A stretch of DNA of 45,829 bases, from contig DAUW01000076.1 in NCBI GenBank assembly GCA_002505355.1, positions 50,551 through 96,379 on the forward strand. Reading direction: 5' to 3'. The DNA comes from Euryarchaeota archaeon UBA229. GTDB taxonomy: Archaea > Thermoplasmatota > Poseidoniia > Poseidoniales > Poseidoniaceae. Positions 29,115-39,151 of the stretch are shown here, one piece after another (position 1 is the first letter of the stretch; the number at the start of each line of letters is the position of its first letter). Below the pieces are notes generated by a model, which saw only the letters and a list, made by a program, of their open reading frames with translations, did no database searches and was not told the DNA's origin. A program made the position numbers and the translations under genes.

Positions 29115-31697
29115 TTGAGTGATAGCGATGGTGAATCAGTTGTAACTCCGAGTGAGCCGCTGAATCAATTGAAAGCCCAACGTGATGTATGGGGACAAAA
29201 GGAACTGCTCCAAAATATAGTCAGCCGTTACTTCATCGTAAACAGCGAACTAGGCGGAACCAAGTGGCCTGTTTGGCGAGTTGATGTACAAGAATCTAGT
29301 GATGTTCACAAATCCCTTGAAGACTTGAATAATCATCTCGAGAATCTCGGCTGGATGGGCAAACTCCAACCTGGCGAACCATGGCTAATACAAGTCTTAC
29401 CATGCCCGGAGCGACAGTTTCCCTCGATTAAAACGTCAGTCGGATTTTGGACATTTTCGTTGTTCACCGCAACTATTGCAGGGATGCTGTGGATTGAAGA
29501 TGCCAGACCAACCGCAGGATGGTTCACTGAGTCCTTATTTTTCGACGCAATGCTAGGCTATACTCTACCAATTTTTGCTACAATACTAATCGCCTCATAC
29601 CTGCAGAAAGCACATGCAGAAAAGCACGGGTTGCGAGTTGGTCAGTTAACTCCAATACCTGATCCATCAATTGCCTTATTCTCGATTGGATTGTTACCAA
29701 AGTCATTATTGATATGGCCATTTGGTATCCTGATTATTCCATCTCTCCCTAGAATGGATGCGAGGCCATGGAAGAACCGCGAAGTCCTAGGGTGGAGTGC
29801 CTTAATCGTCCCATCAGTTATGGTAATAGTTGGAATTAAATTGTGGATAATTGGCTTATTGTTAACTCCTGATTTAATTTCAATCACCTCTATGCAGTAT
29901 GTTGCAGATATGCCTTTAATCGTCAATCTACTAAGTCCGTTACTAACTGACGGAATAAGCAGCAAACTGGTTTGGGCCCACCCGTTATCAAAAGCAGGAT
30001 CTATGCTGTGTTTATTTGGTTGGGTCTCATTGCTGCCGATACCGACATTTCCCGGCGGCAGGTTGTTAATAGCAAGAACTAGTATGTCTGAAGCTAGAAA
30101 TTCCACCAACCAATTATTCCTGTTTGCCATCATTCTTGCATTTGCTTGGATGTTTGATGCCTTTGGTAATTTCAACATCTGGTTGCCGATTTTGGGGATC
30201 ATGTTTCCATTGTTATTACTACTTGGTGCAGATCGCAGAGTGCCGATAATCTTAGACGAGCCCAAGGCAGTCAATCCAGATAGTGTTAATCGAATGGGAA
30301 TAATACTGTTCGTGATATTCCTACTAGGTCTGCCTGGACAAACACCATACGCTATGGATGAAGATTGGAATGAAGACATAAACTACCGATTCGATGAGGT
30401 CGTTACGATAATTAGTGACAATCAGACTTGGAACGGCAGTCTTTACATTGAAATAATCAACACAGCATCGATTGTCCAAAGTTGGCAAATTCAACTTGCT
30501 AAAACCAATGATGTAGTGTCACCAAATTGGGATTTTACCTGGTTGTGTAGTGATGATGAGAGACAATCGGAAACCGAACTGGGCTGTGGCGATGAGATTC
30601 TACCACAGAAAGCATCCCGTGTCAGTCTCAACATAAGTTGGACATCTTTGCAATTTAGTCCTGTTGCCGAGCAAATTTACCTGATAACCTACATTGATGA
30701 AGAACCAATTGTCACCGCCATCTCCCTGCAGCCAGACTTACCACATTATGTCAACAACTCTTGGTACATGAATTATGACTCTGACGAAGTAATGCGTTGT
30801 GTTGAGGTATTTTCGGCCGCTAGCGAGTCTACATACAATCTATCCTTCCCCAACTCGGATTCAGATTTTGATTATCAAACACGAATGTACTGGGTAGACG
30901 GCTTCCAAGGTCTAGACGCAGAATTAACATCGGAAACCAATGAGATTTGTATCAAAGGTCAGGACCCGGTGATTCTATTGAGGTCATATGTGCTTAACGT
31001 GATACAGCTAGGAGAATACTTGTTTCAACCTAGTTTACCTAAATTGCCTCTGACATTGATATCACCGGAAAATGGTACTCTTGTTGATTCAACTGAGGTT
31101 AGGGGATGGGGTTCAGAATTATCCTTCAGCACAAGCAGTATACTATCTGTTTCACAGCAGGAGTGTCAACTCAATCCGGTAGTAAGCACGCCTACTAAGC
31201 CCAATAATGACTCTGAGCAGTGGGTCTGGAATACCAATTATCGAAGTAGTTCCCTGATCCCAACGATTCAAGATAACGACTCAATACTACTCATCCTTAG
31301 TGATTCAGATCAAGGTTCGGTTTGCACGCAGGATATGTATCCAATTCCGGAAACTGTTTTCTCTATAGAATATGGTCCTGAATTGATATTTGAGCGCAGT
31401 GGGATTTATCACCGTATGTGGACATCGCTCTGGGCATCGGCGGCTAACGGTGAACTTTCAGGGGATAATTTATCTCAATTTGTTATACACAATCCTAACA
31501 ATCACACCACGAGAGTAAACATTGTACAGACAACATACGGAGACAATGCTGATGAATGGACGGTTATCGAATCTACAAATCAGTTAGTCCTTGGAGCAAA
31601 TAATTTCCACTTCTCGCCACCGAGTAACCTTCTTGCGACGTTATATTTTGAGTTCGAAGACGGTGAAATATACATCTATTTAGGCAGTTATTCATGA
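29115..31697 (+). CDS. Site-2-protease (M50/EGY-like) membrane protein lacking catalytic motifs, with large C-terminal soluble domain
   Basis: TM architecture plus HPL..AG.....W.SLLP....GG matches archaeal M50 proteins. HExxH and the LDG Asp are absent. Confidence 0.65.
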   Translation: MSDSDGESVVTPSEPLNQLKAQRDVWGQKELLQNIVSRYFIVNSELGGTKWPVWRVDVQESSDVHKSLEDLNNHLENLGWMGKLQPGEPWLIQVLPCPERQFPSIKTSVGFWTFSLFTATIAGMLWIEDARPTAGWFTESLFFDAMLGYTLPIFATILIASYLQKAHAEKHGLRVGQLTPIPDPSIALFSIGLLPKSLLIWPFGILIIPSLPRMDARPWKNREVLGWSALIVPSVMVIVGIKLWIIGLLLTPDLISITSMQYVADMPLIVNLLSPLLTDGISSKLVWAHPLSKAGSMLCLFGWVSLLPIPTFPGGRLLIARTSMSEARNSTNQLFLFAIILAFAWMFDAFGNFNIWLPILGIMFPLLLLLGADRRVPIILDEPKAVNPDSVNRMGIILFVIFLLGLPGQTPYAMDEDWNEDINYRFDEVVTIISDNQTWNGSLYIEIINTASIVQSWQIQLAKTNDVVSPNWDFTWLCSDDERQSETELGCGDEILPQKASRVSLNISWTSLQFSPVAEQIYLITYIDEEPIVTAISLQPDLPHYVNNSWYMNYDSDEVMRCVEVFSAASESTYNLSFPNSDSDFDYQTRMYWVDGFQGLDAELTSETNEICIKGQDPVILLRSYVLNVIQLGEYLFQPSLPKLPLTLISPENGTLVDSTEVRGWGSELSFSTSSILSVSQQECQLNPVVSTPTKPNNDSEQWVWNTNYRSSSLIPTIQDNDSILLILSDSDQGSVCTQDMYPIPETVFSIEYGPELIFERSGIYHRMWTSLWASAANGELSGDNLSQFVIHNPNNHTTRVNIVQTTYGDNADEWTVIESTNQLVLGANNFHFSPPSNLLATLYFEFEDGEIYIYLGSYS

Positions 31698-32641
31698 GTG
31701 ATAAAATGAAAATCGCAATACTTGGTGCTGGAAATATTGGAACACTCATTGGCGCTAAACTGAGTGTCACTGAGGGTGCTGAGGTGTTTCTCCACGGCAG
31801 GGGCGAACATGCAGCTGTAATGGCTGTTAATGGCATAACTATCGAAGGATTGGAGAACATATGGGTAAGTGAGGATAAGTTCCAACTTTCGATTGATGAT
31901 GTAGCAGTAAATTCAAGCTTTGACGGTCAAGCTGATGTGATATTTATTTGTTCTAAAGCATATGATGTGAAAGGATTGTTTGGACTCGCAAGACGTCTAT
32001 CTCATAAAGGTACTAAGATTTTAGTTTTGAGTAATGGTCTTGGTCACTTAGAATCAGCGGCTCATGAGTTTGGCTCACATCGAGTAATTCCAGCCACTAC
32101 AACCCATGGCGCATGGCGTAACGGCCCTGGCAAGGTCACATGGGCTGGTGCTGGAGCAGTAAATATTGGTCAAACCAAAAATAGCCCAGCTAGAGAACAA
32201 CTTACTGAACTGTTTGATACCTTGGAGCAGTCAGGTCTCAACCCAACATGGATTGATGATGGTGACAAATTGATCTGGTCAAAGGTTTTGCTCAACATAG
32301 CAATTAATCCAATTGCGTCAATAACTGGTAGGGTTAATGGTGATCTTTTGGAGGCTGAGATGTTTGAAACCTGTGGAGAGGTCATGCTAGAGGGTGCAAG
32401 AATTGCTCGATTAGAGGGAGTAAGTTTACCCGTCGACGATGAATTAATTACTGGTCTGAGACAAGTTCTGCAACAGACTAGCGCCAACAAATGTAGCATG
32501 CTTCAAGATGTGAGGAACGGGAAGACAACAGAAATAGCATTTCTAAATAGAATGATTGTCAACAAGGCAGAAAAATACGGTATATCGACCCCACTAAACC
32601 AATTACTCAGCAAGTTAGTTGAGGATCTTACCTCATACTAA
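31694..32641 (+). CDS. panE: 2-dehydropantoate 2-reductase
   Basis: ILGAGNIG, NGLG, WSKVLLNIAINP, SMLQD and TEI..LN motifs; ATGA overlap with the upstream gene. Confidence 0.93.
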   Translation: MSDKMKIAILGAGNIGTLIGAKLSVTEGAEVFLHGRGEHAAVMAVNGITIEGLENIWVSEDKFQLSIDDVAVNSSFDGQADVIFICSKAYDVKGLFGLARRLSHKGTKILVLSNGLGHLESAAHEFGSHRVIPATTTHGAWRNGPGKVTWAGAGAVNIGQTKNSPAREQLTELFDTLEQSGLNPTWIDDGDKLIWSKVLLNIAINPIASITGRVNGDLLEAEMFETCGEVMLEGARIARLEGVSLPVDDELITGLRQVLQQTSANKCSMLQDVRNGKTTEIAFLNRMIVNKAEKYGISTPLNQLLSKLVEDLTSY

Positions 32642-34252
32642 GTCTGTGTTATAGTGAAGGCCTCGATTCTCTGTCCTGTTTATGGCATCCTCGATGACTA
32701 GGTTAGCGACTAAAATGAGGTTTCTTAACTCGACAATATCTCTTGATGGTGTCGATGATTTCCAGATTATGTCAATTTCTTTATCCAAGAGTTTTATTCT
32801 TCGCAAGGCTCTGTTTAGTCTTAGGTTATTCCTTACAATGCCAACTTCACTAGACATGGTATCTTTTAGCATGGTAAGGTCATTGACGATTGGTGCGTGT
32901 TCATTCAATGCTGCCAATCCGTCTGCTCGCCACTGTGGCAACTGATGTGAAATACTATTCGGCGGGTTACTAACTATGTGATTTGCGGCCTTATCAGCAA
33001 ACACTACTGCCTCGAGTAAACTGTTTGAGGCTAAGCGATTTGCACCATGCATACCAGTGCATGCTACTTCTCCAATAGCATACAAATGGGGGATAATGCC
33101 ATCTTTCATGGCTGTTCTTGGTCTGCCATATTTATCCACATCCAAACCACCGACGATGTAATGTGCGGCAGGTGAGATAGGTAGGTCGTCGAGCCCAAGT
33201 GATAATCCATACTTGTCTAAATGGGCTTGAATGTTAGGGAATGAGGTCTGCAGCATTGCCTTATCTAAGTGTGAGGTTATGAGGTATGCTTGCTTGTTAC
33301 CCGTCTGTTTTAAGTTTTCATCAATCGCTCTAGCGACAATGTCTCGAGTTGCCATCGAGCCGAGGTCTGAAAATTTACGAGTAAAGGAATACTTTTCTGG
33401 GTTTGGTGGGGGTAGGTTGCTTGTAAGTCTCTGCTTACACTCTGCTCGCCAAGAGTTAATTCCTATTTCGTCCAGTATCACACCGCCTTCGCCTCTAAGT
33501 GCTTCAGTGATCAAAAATGGGCGCCCATCCTCAATTGACAATGCAGTAGGATGAAACTGAATAAAGGCCATGTCTTTGACTGCCGCACCACAACGAAAGG
33601 CCATCGCAATGCCGTCGCCAGTAGCCACACTTGGGTTGGTGGTCTTGGCCCAAAGTTGCCCCACTCCGCCAGTGGCAATTATCACTGCATCAGCGGCAAG
33701 AGTCACTACCTGTTTGGTGCTTTGATCATAACACCAAACACCACATACACCCTTACTAGGGTCACCATGCTCTCGTTGAATCAAATCTACCGCCAGAGTA
33801 TTTTTCATTAAAGTGATATTTTGGTGTTGCTTTGCTGAATCGCTGAGTGCTCGTTCAATCTCCCGCCCAGTCGCATCTTTGGCATGCAATATGCGACGCT
33901 CTGAATGGCCACCTTCCTTGGCAAGTTTGAAACCTCCTTCGTGGTCCCTTTCGAACTGAACACCTATGTTGACTAATTCATTGATACAATCAGCAGCATG
34001 CTCAATTACTTCGCGTACGACTGTCTCATCACACAAACCATCGCCGGATTGTAAGGTGTCGGCAATATGTGCTGACTTACCGTTAGAGTTGGTCTTGTCG
34101 AGTATTCCAGCAATACCACCCTGAGCCCAATTTGTTGATGAATCTTTGATTCTTTGCTTGGTGATAATGACTACCTCATGATTGCTGTTGGCCAACTTGA
34201 TAGCAGAGAATAAACCAGCGATGCCGCTGCCAATTATTGCAATTTTGGACAT
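32633..34252 (-). CDS. nadB: L-aspartate oxidase
   Basis: IIGSGIAG, WAQGGIA, EGGHSERRILH, QFHPT, GMHGANRLASNSLLE and ENRGLHY motifs. Confidence 0.95.
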   Translation of the reverse strand: MSKIAIIGSGIAGLFSAIKLANSNHEVVIITKQRIKDSSTNWAQGGIAGILDKTNSNGKSAHIADTLQSGDGLCDETVVREVIEHAADCINELVNIGVQFERDHEGGFKLAKEGGHSERRILHAKDATGREIERALSDSAKQHQNITLMKNTLAVDLIQREHGDPSKGVCGVWCYDQSTKQVVTLAADAVIIATGGVGQLWAKTTNPSVATGDGIAMAFRCGAAVKDMAFIQFHPTALSIEDGRPFLITEALRGEGGVILDEIGINSWRAECKQRLTSNLPPPNPEKYSFTRKFSDLGSMATRDIVARAIDENLKQTGNKQAYLITSHLDKAMLQTSFPNIQAHLDKYGLSLGLDDLPISPAAHYIVGGLDVDKYGRPRTAMKDGIIPHLYAIGEVACTGMHGANRLASNSLLEAVVFADKAANHIVSNPPNSISHQLPQWRADGLAALNEHAPIVNDLTMLKDTMSSEVGIVRNNLRLNRALRRIKLLDKEIDIIWKSSTPSRDIVELRNLILVANLVIEDAINRTENRGLHYNTDLV

Positions 34253-34335
34253 AGTGGATGTATAATCCGAAATATGCTTCTCTTTTGAACTATTTGAGCG
34301 ACAGCACTATCAAACTTATTCCATGTGGTCAAGGC

Positions 34336-35109
34336 ATGGCAGGCATACGTCGTAACCTTGCAACCATTATCGGTGGGTTAATGGCAATTTTCGTCATAGT
34401 CAATGTCCAGTTCGGAATGGTAGCACCGCAGTTAATCGATGGTGCAGGCAACTCTAAGATCGATTTACTGAAAATGCTTGAGCCACACTGTGCCATAGCT
34501 GAAATAGAAAACGAATTAGCCAAAGGCAATGACAGCTTTTGTCTTGGTGATTCAGGCAATTGGAATGGTGCTGACTTATTGCTTTTAGCCGAGGCAATGT
34601 TCTTGATATTTGTCGGGAGATTCAAATTTCCACAGCAAGGCAGGTGGGCTAAGAGATTCCGCAGAATGGCCTTTATTGGCGGAGTTACGCTGTTTGGTTT
34701 GGCGATAATGGATCGTTTGGAATTGTTGCCAACCTCAGTAAGTTCCGAGGGTATTGCAAGTTTAATGCCACTTGAGGTATCGCCACTCGCAGTTCAGTTG
34801 GGGATGGCCATTATTGGTGCTTACATGATGCGGGGTCCAAAATATTGGGACTCGGAAGCCGTTGATTTGACCAATAAAAGACTAGAGAAGCGGCGAGTTG
34901 TAGCTGATAAATTCCGGTCTAAATACGGAACGGTTGCGAAACCACTACCTCAACTGCATGGGAAACAGCAACGCGTCGCCCGCTCGGCATTGATGCATAG
35001 GGATTCCAAACTAACGATGCAAGGTAACTCGTCGGTAAAGGTTCACGCAACTTGCCCATATTGCGACGGAGCAGGCTGTGAAAAGTGTAATTTTACCGGT
35101 TCCATTTAG
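34336..35109 (+). CDS. Hypothetical membrane protein (about 4 TM) with C-terminal Cys4 zinc-ribbon motif
   Basis: Hydrophobic segments, basic cytoplasmic region and terminal CPYCDGAGCEKC; start trimmed to ATG 34336. Confidence 0.65.
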   Translation: MAGIRRNLATIIGGLMAIFVIVNVQFGMVAPQLIDGAGNSKIDLLKMLEPHCAIAEIENELAKGNDSFCLGDSGNWNGADLLLLAEAMFLIFVGRFKFPQQGRWAKRFRRMAFIGGVTLFGLAIMDRLELLPTSVSSEGIASLMPLEVSPLAVQLGMAIIGAYMMRGPKYWDSEAVDLTNKRLEKRRVVADKFRSKYGTVAKPLPQLHGKQQRVARSALMHRDSKLTMQGNSSVKVHATCPYCDGAGCEKCNFTGSI

Positions 35110-35238
35110 AGTATTTCGGTGAAACTTCTGGCCCTACAAAAACGCAGTATTGAGTGCTCAAGACTAGTATACTTTATTACCTCTAGAGACCCGCTATAGA
35201 GATTAAGGTTGGATTTATTTTCCGCTTGAGGGATTGGG

Positions 35239-38200
35239 ATGTATCTAAAAGCACTTGAAGTTTCTAATTTTAAATCGTTTAGAGGTGATGTAACCATCCC
35301 TCTAGAGCGAGGCTTTACCGCAATAACAGGCCCGAACGGGTCTGGGAAGTCGAACTGTGGCGATGCAATTCAATTTGTTCTGGGGCCAAGATCAAACAAG
35401 ACAATCAGGGCGCAGAATTCGAAAGACTTGATCTTTAATGGTGGCAATAACCACAATGCTGCTCGCTCTTGTAACGTCACTCTTGTATTCGCCAATCCAA
35501 CATTAGACAATGGAAGAAGAAGGCTACCAATAAATATGGATGAAGTACGGATGTCCCGCTCAATTCGCTTAACAAAGAGTGGAAATGTGGTGACTAATTA
35601 TGAATTAAATGGAGAGGAATCTACCCAAAAATCATTTCACAGGATTCTAGGTGCTGCGAATGCTCGTCCTGACGGCTATAACATTGTTTTGCAGGGGGAT
35701 GTAACAAGTTTAGCTAAGATGACTGCTAAAGAGCGAAGAAAAGTTCTAGATAGCGTCGCTGGGGTTACTTTGTATGATGATGAGATAAGAAAAGCAGACC
35801 GACAAAAGGATAGTGTTGACGACTATATTGAAAGAATCAAATTATTAGAGGACAACCAAAAATCCCGTCTGAAGGAATTAAAGAAACAGAAAGACTTAGC
35901 GGTAAAAGTAAAGCACTTAGTTGAAGAATTAAGTGCGGCAAGGGTAATATCCTTCCAAGCAAGCTACGCCAGTCAACTAGCGGAAAAACAGTATCAAGTA
36001 AATGAACAAGCAAGATACCTTGAGGAAGCCAATAATCTTGATACACAAGTGCGCGAGGGTTCGAAAATTCTACTTTCACTCGATGATAAAATTGGCGAAC
36101 TTCAAAAGCAGATTGAGATGTTGACTGGCGGCAATAGTGAAGGCCTAAACAAGACTATATTCGATCTTCATCTTAAAATTGACACCAATAAGGACAAGAT
36201 AGCCGATGCAGAATCAAAGGACTTAGAGGATAAAGCAGAGCTAGAGGAGTTGACCAAGCATTTGGCTAGTGCGCAGATTGCACTGCAAGAATTCGTCGAC
36301 AATTTAGCATCTGCTAAGGCAGATTTAGCAGGTTCGAAAATATCTCTGCAAGAAGCCCAGTCAGAGGAATCTGCTGTACAAGAAATAATGGAGTCATCAG
36401 GCGATGAAACCTCAAAACTTTCGCAGCAATTAACCAAATTATTGGGCGAACTGGAATTGGCGACAGAAGCGCTAGCGGGGGCTCAAAACGAGGTCAATAA
36501 GACTGCAGTACAGGCAGAGGTAATTTCCGAACAATTAGCAAAGGCACAAGAGGTAGCAGAAGATAATCGCTTATCACTCGGGGAACTAGAATTACAGGGT
36601 GAAGAACTCACTGGAGAAGGTTCTGGAGTAGATCGAAGTAAGTTATCAAAGGACCTAATAAATGCCCAAAGAAGTGAGGAGAAACTTGTTGAGGAATCAC
36701 AACTGATTGAAGGCAAACTAAGAGAGGCTGAACGGTCAAGAGAACGCCTTCGGTCAGAAATGGAAAATTCGTCTGGTTCCAGAGGCATGGCTGGGGGGGC
36801 AGCAGCAGTAATTTCCGCCCGTGATAGTGGCGAGTTAACGGGAATAATAGGGACAATTGCTGAATTGTGTGCGCCTATTGATGCAAGTCATGAAAGTGCC
36901 TTAGCAACCGCAATAGGTGGAGGGATGACTTCTATAGTTGTGGAAAGTGATGAAATTGCCGCCAAAGCAATCAAGTGGCTCGCTGAGCGAAGGGCAGGGC
37001 GAGCTACTTTTCTTCCATTAAACAAGTTGACCAATAACCGAGCTGCTGGTAAGGCGTTGATGGTTTCCAAGAAGCCTGGGGTTGTTGGTTTTGCTCATGA
37101 GTTACTTGACTACGACCCAAAAATAGATATTGCGATAAAATTTGTTCTGCGGAACACGTTGATTGTAGATTCACTATCGACTGCGAGAAATTACATGGGC
37201 GGTGTTAGGCTAGTTACTTTGCGTGGTGATGTTACCGAAGCCGGTGGTGCCATGATTGGGGGCTCAAAGCGTAAGATGTCAGTATCTTTTGGTGGCGGAA
37301 TCAAAGGTGCTAGCGAAATCGAACGTCTATCTAACGAGATTGAAAAATTACAGTTAATGAGCGAGACAGTTAATGGGGCACTTCACCAAGCCAGACGTGA
37401 GCAACAACAATTGCGCACCCAAATTAATCAATTAACTGACAGTGACCAAGCAGTCAAGTTACAAGAATGGCGCTCTGAAATGAAGCAAGCAAAATCAACT
37501 TACCATAAATCACTGGGTGAGATTGCAGAATTGGAATCAAAATTAAACTTATTAGAGGACCTCGCAGCCCAACAAATAGATACACTGGATGAAAAACAAT
37601 CTCAAGTTGCTGACCTAAAAGTAAGTGTTGCATCTACGCGTGAAACTATGGAAGCAGCTAGTCCTGCACACCTAAAGGATAGGCTGCATGCTGCACAGAT
37701 GAAGCGTTTGGACGCAGAGGGAGTCATGGCCCAAGCCTTAGCATCTCTCGACAGTGGTAGTGAACATGAGAACCTTCTCCAAGAGAGAGTCAATGATCTA
37801 TCTTCTCGGATTACCGGACTAGACAATGGAATAATCGCTCGTAGCGAAATGATTGATAATCTGCAAGCAGCGATTGCAACCGACTCGATAGAATTGAAGG
37901 ACAGAGAAGAAGAAAGAACACAACTGCTTGAAGAAAATAAGGGCCTAGAGGACGAGAGAATAGCGCTAGTAGATGAACGAGCAAGTCTTAGAACAGAACT
38001 GACTCAGAAGTCAACTGACGCTCAATCAAGGCGTCGTCTAAGCGACGAATTGAGTCGTTCGATTATCAGCAAGGAGTTGGCTATCAATGATTTGTTATCA
38101 GACATGCAAAATAACAATATTGAGCCAGCAGAAACGGATGTCAATTTACCCTCAGTCGGTGATGCGGAGAAGCGCGTAAGGTCTCTAGAAAGAGCCATGG

Positions 38201-39141
38201 AAAAGCATGGTCCAGTAAACATGCTTGCTATAGAACAGTATGCTGAATGCGAAGAAAGGTTAGATTCAATGAAGGTTGAATTCAAACAATTGCAGACACG
38301 AAGAACGAATTTAGTCGAAATAACCGAAAAATTAGAGTCACAGCGCAAAGAGAAATTATTGAATGTTCTAACCAAGGTCAACGAAAATTTCAAGAAATCA
38401 TATGAAATTTTGAGTGATGGAGGAAAGGGAGAGCTGTATCTTGAAAACCCAGATGAACCATTCAAAGGTGGGCTTGAATTGTGGGCCAAACCAAAGGGCA
38501 AATCATCGAAGGTAAACCGACTACAACTATCCGGTGGAGAGCAGTCAATGGCGGCTTTAGCGCTCATTTTTGCCATTCAAGATTACGATCCAAGCCCATT
38601 TTACTACTTTGATGAGGTAGATCAAAACCTTGATGCAATAAATGCCGAAAGGATTGCAGAAATGTGCCGTAAGCGCAGCAAGCAAGCACAGTTCCTCATG
38701 GTTACTCTGCGCAAAGTTTCACTGCGTTTAGCAGATCACCACATAGGAATCACGCACGGTGGAGATGGATGTAGTCGAAGAATCGTTGATTTCGACCGTG
38801 AACGAGCAATTGAATTAAGCGAGACAGAGTCGGCAAAGAACAATCCACTTGATGAGAGAATTAGCGCCATTGCGCTTGAGAAGCAACAGGAGGCAGACAT
38901 CGATATGCCGACTGTACCAGAACCACTGCCACCCCCTAAGAGTTTAGGCGGTCTGCTTAATTTTTCTGAAGAGCAGAGCGATGATGAAACAACAATTTCA
39001 GGACTTATTGAACGGGCCAATGAAATGACTGAGGATATTCAAGAAAGAAAGGATATTGTTGCAGCGATAGACTCTATAGAGAAAGATTCTGCTGCCTTAG
39101 AAGATTTATCACAAACCGAGCAAATTGAGGAAGAAATCTAA
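35239..39141 (+). CDS. smc: Chromosome segregation protein SMC
   Basis: NFKSF, GPNGSGKSN, hinge GRATFLPL, signature LSGGE, Walker B FDEVD and long coiled coils. Confidence 0.98.
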   Translation: MYLKALEVSNFKSFRGDVTIPLERGFTAITGPNGSGKSNCGDAIQFVLGPRSNKTIRAQNSKDLIFNGGNNHNAARSCNVTLVFANPTLDNGRRRLPINMDEVRMSRSIRLTKSGNVVTNYELNGEESTQKSFHRILGAANARPDGYNIVLQGDVTSLAKMTAKERRKVLDSVAGVTLYDDEIRKADRQKDSVDDYIERIKLLEDNQKSRLKELKKQKDLAVKVKHLVEELSAARVISFQASYASQLAEKQYQVNEQARYLEEANNLDTQVREGSKILLSLDDKIGELQKQIEMLTGGNSEGLNKTIFDLHLKIDTNKDKIADAESKDLEDKAELEELTKHLASAQIALQEFVDNLASAKADLAGSKISLQEAQSEESAVQEIMESSGDETSKLSQQLTKLLGELELATEALAGAQNEVNKTAVQAEVISEQLAKAQEVAEDNRLSLGELELQGEELTGEGSGVDRSKLSKDLINAQRSEEKLVEESQLIEGKLREAERSRERLRSEMENSSGSRGMAGGAAAVISARDSGELTGIIGTIAELCAPIDASHESALATAIGGGMTSIVVESDEIAAKAIKWLAERRAGRATFLPLNKLTNNRAAGKALMVSKKPGVVGFAHELLDYDPKIDIAIKFVLRNTLIVDSLSTARNYMGGVRLVTLRGDVTEAGGAMIGGSKRKMSVSFGGGIKGASEIERLSNEIEKLQLMSETVNGALHQARREQQQLRTQINQLTDSDQAVKLQEWRSEMKQAKSTYHKSLGEIAELESKLNLLEDLAAQQIDTLDEKQSQVADLKVSVASTRETMEAASPAHLKDRLHAAQMKRLDAEGVMAQALASLDSGSEHENLLQERVNDLSSRITGLDNGIIARSEMIDNLQAAIATDSIELKDREEERTQLLEENKGLEDERIALVDERASLRTELTQKSTDAQSRRRLSDELSRSIISKELAINDLLSDMQNNNIEPAETDVNLPSVGDAEKRVRSLERAMEKHGPVNMLAIEQYAECEERLDSMKVEFKQLQTRRTNLVEITEKLESQRKEKLLNVLTKVNENFKKSYEILSDGGKGELYLENPDEPFKGGLELWAKPKGKSSKVNRLQLSGGEQSMAALALIFAIQDYDPSPFYYFDEVDQNLDAINAERIAEMCRKRSKQAQFLMVTLRKVSLRLADHHIGITHGGDGCSRRIVDFDRERAIELSETESAKNNPLDERISAIALEKQQEADIDMPTVPEPLPPPKSLGGLLNFSEEQSDDETTISGLIERANEMTEDIQERKDIVAAIDSIEKDSAALEDLSQTEQIEEEI

Positions 39142-39151
39142 AGGTGGTAGT

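Noticed and set aside
35150..35161. Short inverted repeat TTGAG-TG-CTCAA upstream of smc (also TCAAG-T-CTTGA at 8340-8350 upstream of kynA)
   Set aside because: Single 5-bp-arm palindromes are expected by chance and have no further support.
38941..38958. GGLL motif shared between the SMC tail (SLGGLL) and the AAA-wHTH linker (AFGGLL, 43537-43554)
   Set aside because: A four-residue match is too short to distinguish from chance without ortholog alignments.
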